From Gemmatimonadaceae bacterium (GTDB taxonomy: Bacteria > Gemmatimonadota > Gemmatimonadetes > Gemmatimonadales > Gemmatimonadaceae), in NCBI GenBank assembly GCA_045803545.1, contig JBJMOW010000005.1:256001-320000 (forward strand): a stretch of DNA of 64,000 nucleotides, in the 5' to 3' direction. The notes below the pieces were generated by a model that was not told the origin of the DNA, did no database searches, and saw nothing but the letters and a program-made list of their open reading frames with translations. Each line of letters begins with the position of its first letter. The first letter of the stretch is position 1. Positions 49,112 to 57,791 of this stretch are shown here, piece after piece. Made by a program: the position numbers and the translations under genes.

Positions 49112-50659
49112 TCAGTTCGGGAAGGGCTGCGTCGTGGCGGGAATCGGGCGCATGGCTTCGGAGCCGAGCCCCATCTCGGTCAGGAAGCTACCCAGTGTAG
49201 CGAGTCCGCGAGGGCTCAATCCGTGCCGCGGTGCATCGTCGAGAAAGACCCGATATCGCTTGCCGACGTCAGACTGAGCGAGTCGTCGCAGGTATTTGAT
49301 CCACTCGTTGTCATTGGTGAACATGTAGCAGCAGACGTCGTTCTGACTGTAAAAAAAGAACGCCGCGCGCCGGCCAGCAGCTAGCATGATGTCGGTCGGC
49401 GTGACCTGATCGTAGAGAAAATTGTGGTTTTCATAATGCGGCGTTACGCGACTGAAGGCAGTGCTGTCGAGCAGGGTCGAAAATGGCGACCCGCCGGCAA
49501 TGTTCACCGAGATGTCTATGCGCGGGTCCATGGCCGCGTAAGTGTAAGCGCTCCAGCCGCCGCCGCTTCTGCCCATCAGCATTAAGGTCGGTCGGACGAC
49601 ACCGTCTCTCACCGCGTCCTTCTCGATCATGTCGGTCACTGAGACGAGCGGGATCAGAAAATCCCTCAACGCGCTGGAATCGCGCCGATCATACATGGCG
49701 AAGCTGTCGTGTTCGTAAAGCGGATACTGCCGATCGACCTCGTTGATGCCTTCGAGCGGCATATCCAGAGAGATCACCTGCCATCCGTGCTGAAGGAGCC
49801 AGTCGATGACGTCTGCTGCGACCGTGATTGCCGTTCCGCCATGGCCTTCGTGATAGATGGCGTAGCGGCCGCGAATGTGATCAGGTCGTGAGTACCACGA
49901 CACCCGGCTAAAAATCCCTGGGTCGATCTTGACGAGGTACGACTTAATGACCGCCTCGGTCTTCACATTGCCGCCATACGGAATGTTGACCTCACTCACG
50001 CGATTGAGGTCTTGACGTATGACCTGTCTCAAATCCTCACTCCCCCACACTGCTCGATTCAGAACACGGGTCACGGTCTCCGCACTTGGTCTGTAATCGT
50101 TGGCGGAAAAAACGCTTCCGTAGGACCTATTAAGCGAAAGCGCGATTCCCCCCGCGGTGTATCGACAATTCGGCAGCGGCGCGTCAAGGTTGACTGCTTC
50201 CCCTCCGCAGCGAAGGTCGCTGGTTAGTATGCCGTACTTTGGAAGCGCAGCCAGAAAGGCTCGTTCGGTGCAGATAAGGCCGACGCCGTAGCCGCAGTCG
50301 GTACGCACTCGCGGTTTCTCGATGACGGTGACGCTGGAGTAGTCACCGTTCTTCGTGTGCACCGTGAGCTGAAACTGATATGTAGCTCCGTTGTCCAGGG
50401 AGTCTACCGCCATGTAGTTGACAGACGTCGGCAACGCCACCGTCCATGTGCTGTCGCGCATCTTTCTCCAGCGGACGATATAGAGTGCGTCCCGCTGGAT
50501 GCTCCAGGTCAGGAACACCTCGCGATCCTGAGGAGCCGTGTTAAGAATGATGGCGGGCGCACCATCGGGCACGGACTGCGCGTCAACGGGCCTTTGCGTC
50601 GAGCAAAGCAGTAGGACGGTCCCCGCTGCTGCTAGCCCATAACGGACCCTTCGACTCAC
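49112..50659 (-). CDS. Secreted protein: FN3-like domain plus alpha/beta-hydrolase-like domain
   Basis: Signal peptide; LTW..Y.VRW..L.NG.TY.F FN3 pattern; HEGHGG, GRSGG elbow, downstream candidate Asp and His. Confidence 0.65.
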   Translation of the reverse strand: MSRRVRYGLAAAGTVLLLCSTQRPVDAQSVPDGAPAIILNTAPQDREVFLTWSIQRDALYIVRWRKMRDSTWTVALPTSVNYMAVDSLDNGATYQFQLTVHTKNGDYSSVTVIEKPRVRTDCGYGVGLICTERAFLAALPKYGILTSDLRCGGEAVNLDAPLPNCRYTAGGIALSLNRSYGSVFSANDYRPSAETVTRVLNRAVWGSEDLRQVIRQDLNRVSEVNIPYGGNVKTEAVIKSYLVKIDPGIFSRVSWYSRPDHIRGRYAIYHEGHGGTAITVAADVIDWLLQHGWQVISLDMPLEGINEVDRQYPLYEHDSFAMYDRRDSSALRDFLIPLVSVTDMIEKDAVRDGVVRPTLMLMGRSGGGWSAYTYAAMDPRIDISVNIAGGSPFSTLLDSTAFSRVTPHYENHNFLYDQVTPTDIMLAAGRRAAFFFYSQNDVCCYMFTNDNEWIKYLRRLAQSDVGKRYRVFLDDAPRHGLSPRGLATLGSFLTEMGLGSEAMRPIPATTQPFPN

Positions 50660-53145
50660 TTCCTTACGAGTGCGACGTAGGTGAGAGCCAGCGACGCGAG
50701 CGTGGCGATGATGTTGGACGTGGTGGCGATGTTTTGTGCGAAGTTGCCTGGCTTCGAGGGTGGTCGGTCGGGAACACGGATAATCGAACCGGCAAGAATC
50801 GGCGGCGGGCTATCCGGTAGCAGGAAGCGGTGGACAGTACCAATCGCTCGTCCCGATGGGTACGTCACCAGCGTACGAGAAACATCGCCGTCCAGCGTCA
50901 CTCCACCGGCAAGCTCAAGGTATTCGTTTAGGGAACGACCCTCCTTGTACAACACGAGAGACGGACGCGAAACTGCGCCAACAACATAGACTGTGTTGCT
51001 CTGGGGACCGAGAAAGAGTTGATCGTCGGCCTGTAGTCGCGGATTCTGATCCTTGTTTCCTTTCATCGCGGCCTCCAGATCGACCGCAACAAGTTGCCCG
51101 GCGCGGACCAACCGGAAGCTTGCCAGGTATGCATCGGGCAACGCACCGCCTGCTCGCTGAACGACCTCGAGCAATCGGTCGTCACCGGCGCTGATCGGAT
51201 ACGATCCCGGGAATCGAAACAATCCGGACACGTCGACAAATCGCTGCTGCCTGAAGCCCGGCGAGGCCCTCACGAGGACACGGTCGTCGCGTTCGAGCAC
51301 GAACTGTTTTGCCCGTGGATCGAGGACACCCGATCCGTCGATTGCGAAACGGGTGACGATGCTGGTCGTATCCGAGTAATCTCGCGCGCGACGGCGACGT
51401 GCGACTTCGACCGCGGCAGCGTCCTCTCCCAAGCCTCCAACAAGATCAATGACGTCTTGCAGCGTCTGTCGTTCCGCAAACGGCAGCTGGCCAGGCCGAT
51501 GGACCGCTCCGACAACCTGAATTTTTCCCTCGGGAAAGGCCTCACGACCGTCAAGAACCGAAACGCGGTCGTATTCCCTTAGCTGAAAGAGTTGTGCTGC
51601 GGGATCGCGCAGGTCCAGCGAAATTATCTCGGTTCGACCGGTTTCCGAAACAGGGCGGCTCACTTTGATTCGGTCAGTCATTGCCCAAGGCATAGCTCCC
51701 TGGGCCGACTCGATCAGATTGCCTAGTGTCATACCTGGCGTGAGTTGATACGTGCCAGGCTTGAAGACCTCTCCGCTCAGAGTGACGACATTGCGCCTCA
51801 TGTCGCCGATCGGGAACACCGTCACAACGTCGCCAGCCTGCAACGATATCGAGGATAGCGAGTCCACTCTGCCGTTGATACGTACGTCGAGCACGACCCG
51901 CTCCCTGCCCGGTGTACGCTGCTCCGCGGGCAGAATGCGATCGATCTGGACGCGCTCGACCGCGGCACTGGGGGTAAGGCCGCCGCTGAATCTAAGCAGA
52001 TCAGCGAATCCTTCTTCTTGCTTCAACTCGAAGATCCCCGGCCTTCTCACCGCACCACGCAAGCCGATAGAGCGCAAATTCAATGGTACGAAAACCACAT
52101 CGCCCTGTTCAGTTCGAACATCGGTGCTCGCATCGCCTCTCAACAGGTAATCGTATAGATCGAGGCGGTTGACGACCGTTCCTCCGCGCCTGACCTCGAT
52201 GATACGAAATGATCCGCGATCGGTTGGACCTCCGGCGCGGGCGACCGCGTGAAACACCGTTGAAAGAGCGTTCACCTGATATGCTCCGGGACGCTCGACT
52301 TCGCCCGTTACAAACACGACATTCGAACGGACACGAGCGACGCTCAGATCTAGGCTGCTTTCACCATTGCTCAAGCCACTGTATGATCGGGCTGCCCTTT
52401 GACGAACCAACGTTCTAGCCGCGTCGAGCGTCAGCCCCGCGATTGAAATCTGCCCGACTTGCGGGATTACGATTGAGCCGTCACGTCTGACTTCGAGCTG
52501 ATAAGCCATCTCGACACTCCCCGTCATCACCAGCTGCAGCTGATCGCCCGCGCCGATTCTATAGGAGGGGTCGACGGGTCCGGATGTTACCGGATCAAAT
52601 AGCGTTGATGTACGACCAAAGAGTGTCTTGCCAATAGTGCGTAGCTCGCCCGACGAGGGTCGCGAACTGGACGGTGCTGACGCGGCCAATGGCGCAGCGT
52701 CGATCGTTTCAACCGGATCAGGCTCGTCAGCATCGTCGCCTACCGAGAGTGGACGCAAAATACCTGCATTCCGCAGAGCGTCCACAAATGCGGATGGCGG
52801 GGATGACACCGAGGCGCTCGCCGCAGATCCCCCTCCTCCGAGATAGGAATCGGCCAAATGAGGGTCGTATCCCGCCGCGCTCAAACGGAGGCGAATTTCC
52901 TGTGCGGTAAGTCCCGACCGCAGTATCGCGTTCAGAATGTCCTGCTGAGACGGAGCCTTACCTGACTGTCCAGCGGGAGCCTGGCCCGTAACGCCACGAA
53001 TACTGTCGAGAACATCCGCGCGCGGATTGCTCGTACCCGCGGTCTGACCAGCAGCGCGATGTACAGCGAGGCAGCTGATTAGCGAATACACGACAACCCG
53101 GCGGTGACGAGGCCCGCCGATCAGATTGAATCGAATCCGACGCAT
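50656..53145 (-). CDS. Polysaccharide export protein with SLBB domains (copy 2)
   Basis: GPVDPSYRIGAGDQLQLVMTG, repeated SLBB units, paralogous to 2874-5456. Confidence 0.9.
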   Translation of the reverse strand: MRRIRFNLIGGPRHRRVVVYSLISCLAVHRAAGQTAGTSNPRADVLDSIRGVTGQAPAGQSGKAPSQQDILNAILRSGLTAQEIRLRLSAAGYDPHLADSYLGGGGSAASASVSSPPSAFVDALRNAGILRPLSVGDDADEPDPVETIDAAPLAASAPSSSRPSSGELRTIGKTLFGRTSTLFDPVTSGPVDPSYRIGAGDQLQLVMTGSVEMAYQLEVRRDGSIVIPQVGQISIAGLTLDAARTLVRQRAARSYSGLSNGESSLDLSVARVRSNVVFVTGEVERPGAYQVNALSTVFHAVARAGGPTDRGSFRIIEVRRGGTVVNRLDLYDYLLRGDASTDVRTEQGDVVFVPLNLRSIGLRGAVRRPGIFELKQEEGFADLLRFSGGLTPSAAVERVQIDRILPAEQRTPGRERVVLDVRINGRVDSLSSISLQAGDVVTVFPIGDMRRNVVTLSGEVFKPGTYQLTPGMTLGNLIESAQGAMPWAMTDRIKVSRPVSETGRTEIISLDLRDPAAQLFQLREYDRVSVLDGREAFPEGKIQVVGAVHRPGQLPFAERQTLQDVIDLVGGLGEDAAAVEVARRRRARDYSDTTSIVTRFAIDGSGVLDPRAKQFVLERDDRVLVRASPGFRQQRFVDVSGLFRFPGSYPISAGDDRLLEVVQRAGGALPDAYLASFRLVRAGQLVAVDLEAAMKGNKDQNPRLQADDQLFLGPQSNTVYVVGAVSRPSLVLYKEGRSLNEYLELAGGVTLDGDVSRTLVTYPSGRAIGTVHRFLLPDSPPPILAGSIIRVPDRPPSKPGNFAQNIATTSNIIATLASLALTYVALVRK

Positions 53146-53413
53146 TCAGTAACTACTCCACGACAACCGCAGGTAAGCGGCGGGTAAACATACGATCGTG
53201 CACCACGTGACGCAATCCAGCAAGAAACGAAGGCGGGCGACCTTCATCGCTAACATCGCGCACAATCTTCCGCAATGAACCCTCTGCGTATGTTCGAACA
53301 ATGACGCACAGATTACGGAGGGGCGTCGAGCCCGTCACGACTTATCGGAGTCTCAGTAAATCCACGACTCCCATCTTTGCCGAATTGAGGTAGCGTGGTG
53401 AATTGGCGTCTTG

Positions 53414-53429
53414 TGGCCCAAGTGATGCT
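53414..53429 (+). promoter_or_regulatory. Candidate sigma54 (-24/-12) promoter
   Basis: TGGCCCAAGTGATGCT has GG-N10-GC spacing with 2 mismatches to TGGCACRNNNNTTGCW. Confidence 0.3.
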
Positions 53430-53504
53430 TAGCGCTTCTAGACAATCAGAGAAATGTGGACCGCACGATGCATGCAAGGTAGACTAGTCGCTAAGCGATA
53501 GCCG

Positions 53505-53513
53505 TGATACTTT
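53505..53513 (+). promoter_or_regulatory. Putative extended -10 (TGATACTTT)
   Basis: TGnTANNNT about 85 nt upstream of the CapD-like start. Confidence 0.35.
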
Positions 53514-53599
53514 AGTTTGCCGGTCGGCGCGTTCGGGATTTCCGCAGACGCAGTCAGCTCCACATCTTCTTTTCCGCTTCCTTCACAGCACGCTAGCAA

Positions 53600-55525
53600 G
53601 TGACAGAATTCAAAACGCTTCTCCCACGGCGGATGAGGAACCGGCACCTCTTCCTGTTCGACGCCGCAGCGCTGGTTTTATCACCGCTGATTGCGTTTCT
53701 GGTGCGTTTTGAAGATCTCGCGTGGATTGGGATCAACCTGCGGATGGTGCTGCCGTACGTCCTTCTGGCCGGCCCACTCCGCCTAACCGCGTTTTACAAT
53801 CTCGGCATGTACCGCCGTCTCTGGCGACACGCCAGCATCGGCGAACTAAAGCAGGTGCTCGTTGCCGGCGGCATGGCCGCGCTCATCGCAGGAATCATTG
53901 GTCTCTGGTTTATGCCTTCGGCGCAGATCACGGCTTCGCGTATTCCGTTTTCCGTGGTCTTTATCGATGCCTTCCTTACTACCGCCGCGATCGCTTTGCC
54001 AAGACTGTTGGCGAGAACGATGCGAGTCAGAAACCCGCGGCGCCGTCGTTCTGATCCGGGAAGACCTGCTCTTATTGTAGGCGCCGGGGACACCGCCAAG
54101 CTCGTAGCCAAAGAACTCCTCGCCAACCCGCGACTTGGGTTTGAACCGATCGGATTTGTCGACGACGATCCCACAAAACAGAATCACATGCTCCTCGAAC
54201 TGCCGATCATGGGGCCCCTCAGCGCCATCAAAGCAATTGTAGAGCAGCACGGCATTTCGGAGCTGGTCATCGCAATGCCATCTGCTCATGGCGACGTGGT
54301 AAGGAAAGTCGTGCGCGCCGGACTGGATTGCGGAATTCCTACGCTGACCGTTCCAAGCTTGCCTGAGTTGATTTCGGCCAAAACGAACGGCACCAGTCTA
54401 CGAGAGGTTGAGATTCAGGATCTGCTCAGGCGCGAGCCAGTCGAAACTGATCTCGCAGCAGTTGCCGAACTGGCGACGGGCGAAGCAGTTCTAATTACCG
54501 GTGCCGGCGGGTCGATTGGAAGCGAACTCTGTCGGCAGGTCGCTCGACTCGCCCCGACTAAAGTCGTGCTGCTGGGGCATGGAGAGAACTCGATTTTCGA
54601 TATTCTGCACGAGCTGAGGGCGGATTTCCCTGGCGTTCTCTTCCAACCCGTCATTGGCGACGTGAGAGACCGGCGCCGAGTGGCTTCGATTTTTGCGACC
54701 TACCGGCCCCACGCCGTATTTCATGCCGCGGCTCACAAACACGTTCCGCTGATGGAAGAGAACGTAATTGAGGCGATAACGAACAATGTGTTCGGCACGC
54801 TGAACGTCGTCGACGCTGCTTTGGAATCTCGATGCGAGCACTTCGTGTTCATTTCCACCGATAAAGCGGTGCGGCCCACCAGCGTAATGGGAGCGACCAA
54901 ACGCATTGCCGAACTGATCGTGCAACACGCCGCGGTCAAGTACGAGCGAAACTTTGTATCCGTGCGCTTTGGAAACGTGTTGGGCAGTCGTGGAAGCGTC
55001 GTGCCGACATTTCTTCGGCAGATCAGGGCGGGCGGCCCTGTCACGGTCACGCATCCAGAGATGCAACGCTATTTCATGACTATTCCGGAGGCGGTGCAGT
55101 TGGTGTTGCAGGCTGGGGCCCTGGGTCGCGGTGGAGAGGTGTTCCTTCTCGATATGGGCGAGCCCATCAGAATTGTCGACGTTGCGACGGACTTGATTCG
55201 CCTCTCGGGGCTTACCGTTGGACGCGATATTGAAATTAAGTTCACGGGGATGCGCCCCGGCGAGAAGCTTTATGAAGAAATGTTCTTCAGCGCTGAGAAC
55301 GTGCTGATGACTGACCATCCTAAAGTCCTGCGCGCTCGCAATGGGATTCTCCCAGAAGGAGTAATGCGCCGCATCGAGGCTATGGTTGCTGCTGCGGAAG
55401 CCGAACATCCCGACGAAGAGTTGCGCCAGATCCTGCGCAGTCTGGTACCCGACTTTCATCCACATCCGTCGCCTTCAGCGCCAGCTGAAGTGGACCCGAA
55501 GGAAATCTCCGTACTCAGGGCGTAA
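53600..55525 (+). CDS. Membrane-bound UDP-GlcNAc 4,6-dehydratase (CapD/WbpM/PglF family)
   Basis: Four N-terminal TMs; TGAGGSIGSEL, HAAAHKHVP, STDKAV.P, MGATK, VRFGNVLGSRGSV and RPGEKLYEE motifs. Confidence 0.95.
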   Translation: MTEFKTLLPRRMRNRHLFLFDAAALVLSPLIAFLVRFEDLAWIGINLRMVLPYVLLAGPLRLTAFYNLGMYRRLWRHASIGELKQVLVAGGMAALIAGIIGLWFMPSAQITASRIPFSVVFIDAFLTTAAIALPRLLARTMRVRNPRRRRSDPGRPALIVGAGDTAKLVAKELLANPRLGFEPIGFVDDDPTKQNHMLLELPIMGPLSAIKAIVEQHGISELVIAMPSAHGDVVRKVVRAGLDCGIPTLTVPSLPELISAKTNGTSLREVEIQDLLRREPVETDLAAVAELATGEAVLITGAGGSIGSELCRQVARLAPTKVVLLGHGENSIFDILHELRADFPGVLFQPVIGDVRDRRRVASIFATYRPHAVFHAAAHKHVPLMEENVIEAITNNVFGTLNVVDAALESRCEHFVFISTDKAVRPTSVMGATKRIAELIVQHAAVKYERNFVSVRFGNVLGSRGSVVPTFLRQIRAGGPVTVTHPEMQRYFMTIPEAVQLVLQAGALGRGGEVFLLDMGEPIRIVDVATDLIRLSGLTVGRDIEIKFTGMRPGEKLYEEMFFSAENVLMTDHPKVLRARNGILPEGVMRRIEAMVAAAEAEHPDEELRQILRSLVPDFHPHPSPSAPAEVDPKEISVLRA

Positions 55526-55546
55526 CACCGCTCAAGGCGAACACCG

Positions 55547-56614
55547 TTGGCGCTAGGGAATTCGCGAGAAATTTACGGCGTTTGGACGCATGCCTCCCCA
55601 GAGAGCGCCAACCTTGAAGCGCGACTCGCAGCACGTGGCTTGAATGCGCTTGACCCCCCGTGGAGCGCCAGCGGGGATGGCCAGTCGGACGACCTGGCAA
55701 AATTAGATGCGCTGATTAACCAATCCACGCCGACTGGCGGAACTTGCACCATTCCCGGTGGCCGCACATACCTGATCGGAGGGACTCTTTCAGTCCGGCG
55801 GTCCGACATCACCATCGTTATGACCGGTGCGATCCTGAAGCACTCGGGCAGCGGCGCCGCGTTCGTGGCCGACGGGACCCAGATTCAGAACGGCTTGTCG
55901 AACGTTGAGATCGTGGGCGGTCTCGTAGACGGCAACGCGAAAACAACGATTGCCTGGCGTTTTCGAAAATGCGGTCGGTGCAGATTCGTTGGGCAACGTG
56001 CACGAAATTGCGCACTGAGAGCGTTTTCTCTGGAGCACTGCGTCGCCTGCGAGTTCTACAATCCGCGATGCACTCGGAACGATCCCGGAATGACACTGAC
56101 GCCCGAGGTGGGACTCTTCATGGATTCCATTGGTCTCAATCAGAATTCCACGGACTGCGTTGTAGTAAATCCAGCCTTCGAGGGACTGACGAACGGACGC
56201 GGATTCGAATTTCGTTACGCTACCGGCAACACCATCATCGGTGGCACAAGCGAAGCAAACGCGATCGGTATTAGGCAGCTCGATGGCGCTTCAGCAAACC
56301 GGTTCATCGGCACTTTCTTCGAAGCAAACTCCCAAGCCGATGTCGACGACGCTGGGTTTTTCAACATCTACGACAATTGCCACTGTAGCAGCCCGGGCGG
56401 CGCGCGATTTCGAGCATCGTCGTACCGCTGCACGATCCGTGATGGCTACTTTCCGACGGGTATCACAATCGAGCGAAATTGTCGTGGAGTGTTACTGGAC
56501 GGAATCGCATACGACGGTGTCATCTCGGATCATGGCATAGATACCAGGAGACGAAATGTCTGGCACATTCCGGCCGCTCGTTTCGAAGATGATGTGAATT
56601 CACCGCCAGCATAG
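55547..56614 (+). CDS. Right-handed parallel beta-helix protein (Pectate_lyase_3/tailspike-like)
   Basis: ASGDGQSDD..LDALIN..GGTCTIPGGRTY N-terminal motif, then periodic Asn/Cys/Gly-rich repeats. Start uncertain. Confidence 0.65.
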   Translation: MALGNSREIYGVWTHASPESANLEARLAARGLNALDPPWSASGDGQSDDLAKLDALINQSTPTGGTCTIPGGRTYLIGGTLSVRRSDITIVMTGAILKHSGSGAAFVADGTQIQNGLSNVEIVGGLVDGNAKTTIAWRFRKCGRCRFVGQRARNCALRAFSLEHCVACEFYNPRCTRNDPGMTLTPEVGLFMDSIGLNQNSTDCVVVNPAFEGLTNGRGFEFRYATGNTIIGGTSEANAIGIRQLDGASANRFIGTFFEANSQADVDDAGFFNIYDNCHCSSPGGARFRASSYRCTIRDGYFPTGITIERNCRGVLLDGIAYDGVISDHGIDTRRRNVWHIPAARFEDDVNSPPA

Positions 56615-56622
56615 ATGGCGAG

Positions 56623-56877
56623 ATGAGTGCGAACGTCCACTCCCACGGCCACGTCTTCCATGATGGGCCATGGACAGACTTCCCCGTTCCCGCGGGACCC
56701 CGCGGTGCCTGGACACTGCAAACAAGGCTTTGGGCAGTCCGACTTCATGATGATCCGTTCGACTTCAAACCGGTTTTCGTTGACAGCATCGAGCCGCCTA
56801 GTCTGCGTGCTCCCGCTACCTCGCTCGGTTACTACGCGTTAACGACATCCGGGTGGCGATGGTCTCCGTGTGAATGA
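56623..56877 (+). CDS. Hypothetical 84 aa protein
   Basis: ATG start 8 nt after the upstream stop; fills the gap exactly; no recognisable motif. Confidence 0.4.
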   Translation: MSANVHSHGHVFHDGPWTDFPVPAGPRGAWTLQTRLWAVRLHDDPFDFKPVFVDSIEPPSLRAPATSLGYYALTTSGWRWSPCE

Positions 56878-56889
56878 GTCGAACAACGC

Positions 56890-57645
56890 TCACGTGCGCC
56901 CGATCATGTAGAGGTCGCTGCACAATGATGGTTTGACGCGGAGTAGCCTATCTGCGAACGGCGTCACAAACTGCGTGATATGATTGGGTGAAATTGAGCC
57001 GGCGAAATTACGGCCGATGATCTCTACATCCCTTAGGTTCAGATCATTGCCAATTCGTTCCAGGTCCGCGCGAACAGGTTCGCGGACATGCGACCGGAAT
57101 ATGGGTTTGTCATACCACTCGCTGAATTGGGACCAGTTGCTTTTACCGAGGAGTACAGCCACACGCTTTCTCAGGTTGACTGCGTTTGGCACACCGATAA
57201 CGAAAAGACCGCTCCGCCTAAGACTATCGCGCAGCGTATGGAGAACCGGCTTGGGTGAGCCGTGAAGGTGCTCCAACACGTCGAAAGAAGTGACGACGTC
57301 GAGTGAGTCGGGGTCGAGCGCAAGACAGCTCGACATGAAATCGGTTCGGCACAGCGTGACGCCCAATGACTCAAGTGTGCGCCACAGCTCGGAGTGATCG
57401 ACTGTGTTGTCCTTGTAGTCATCAACTACGGTGGCTTTCAGTCCAGCCTGAACGCATGCGGCCCCGAAGAACCCATTGCCACCGCCCAAGTCGAGCAGGC
57501 CTGCTCCTTTGCCTACACGAGCTGTTACAAGCTCGAGCTGGAACTGTATTCGCTCAAGAGACCCAATTATTTCAGGATGGTAGGCGGCGGGAAATTTGCG
57601 AGCGAGCGAATGTAGCGAGCCCGGAAGGCCTTTAGTCTCGTGCAT
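56890..57645 (-). CDS. Class I SAM-dependent methyltransferase
   Basis: LDLGGGNG, DVLEHL, GVPN and HVRE motifs. Start ATG 57645 or 57681. Confidence 0.87.
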   Translation of the reverse strand: MHETKGLPGSLHSLARKFPAAYHPEIIGSLERIQFQLELVTARVGKGAGLLDLGGGNGFFGAACVQAGLKATVVDDYKDNTVDHSELWRTLESLGVTLCRTDFMSSCLALDPDSLDVVTSFDVLEHLHGSPKPVLHTLRDSLRRSGLFVIGVPNAVNLRKRVAVLLGKSNWSQFSEWYDKPIFRSHVREPVRADLERIGNDLNLRDVEIIGRNFAGSISPNHITQFVTPFADRLLRVKPSLCSDLYMIGRT

Positions 57646-57791
57646 TGGACTTGAATAGCAGCATGCAACCAACGCGCCCATCGCTCCTCGAACGCTAGCT
57701 CGCGAAATCGACGAGAGTTTCCAGAGCTTGTTCCGACCTCCTCAACAAGTTCTGCAGCAACCGCGTACTCTGGGCTGAACGGGGCGGACCG

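Noticed and set aside
53386..53397. ops-like strings (TGAGGTAGCGTG here; GGTGGTAGCGCA on the minus strand near 10959-10970)
   Set aside because: Multiple mismatches, and both lie upstream of the candidate promoters.
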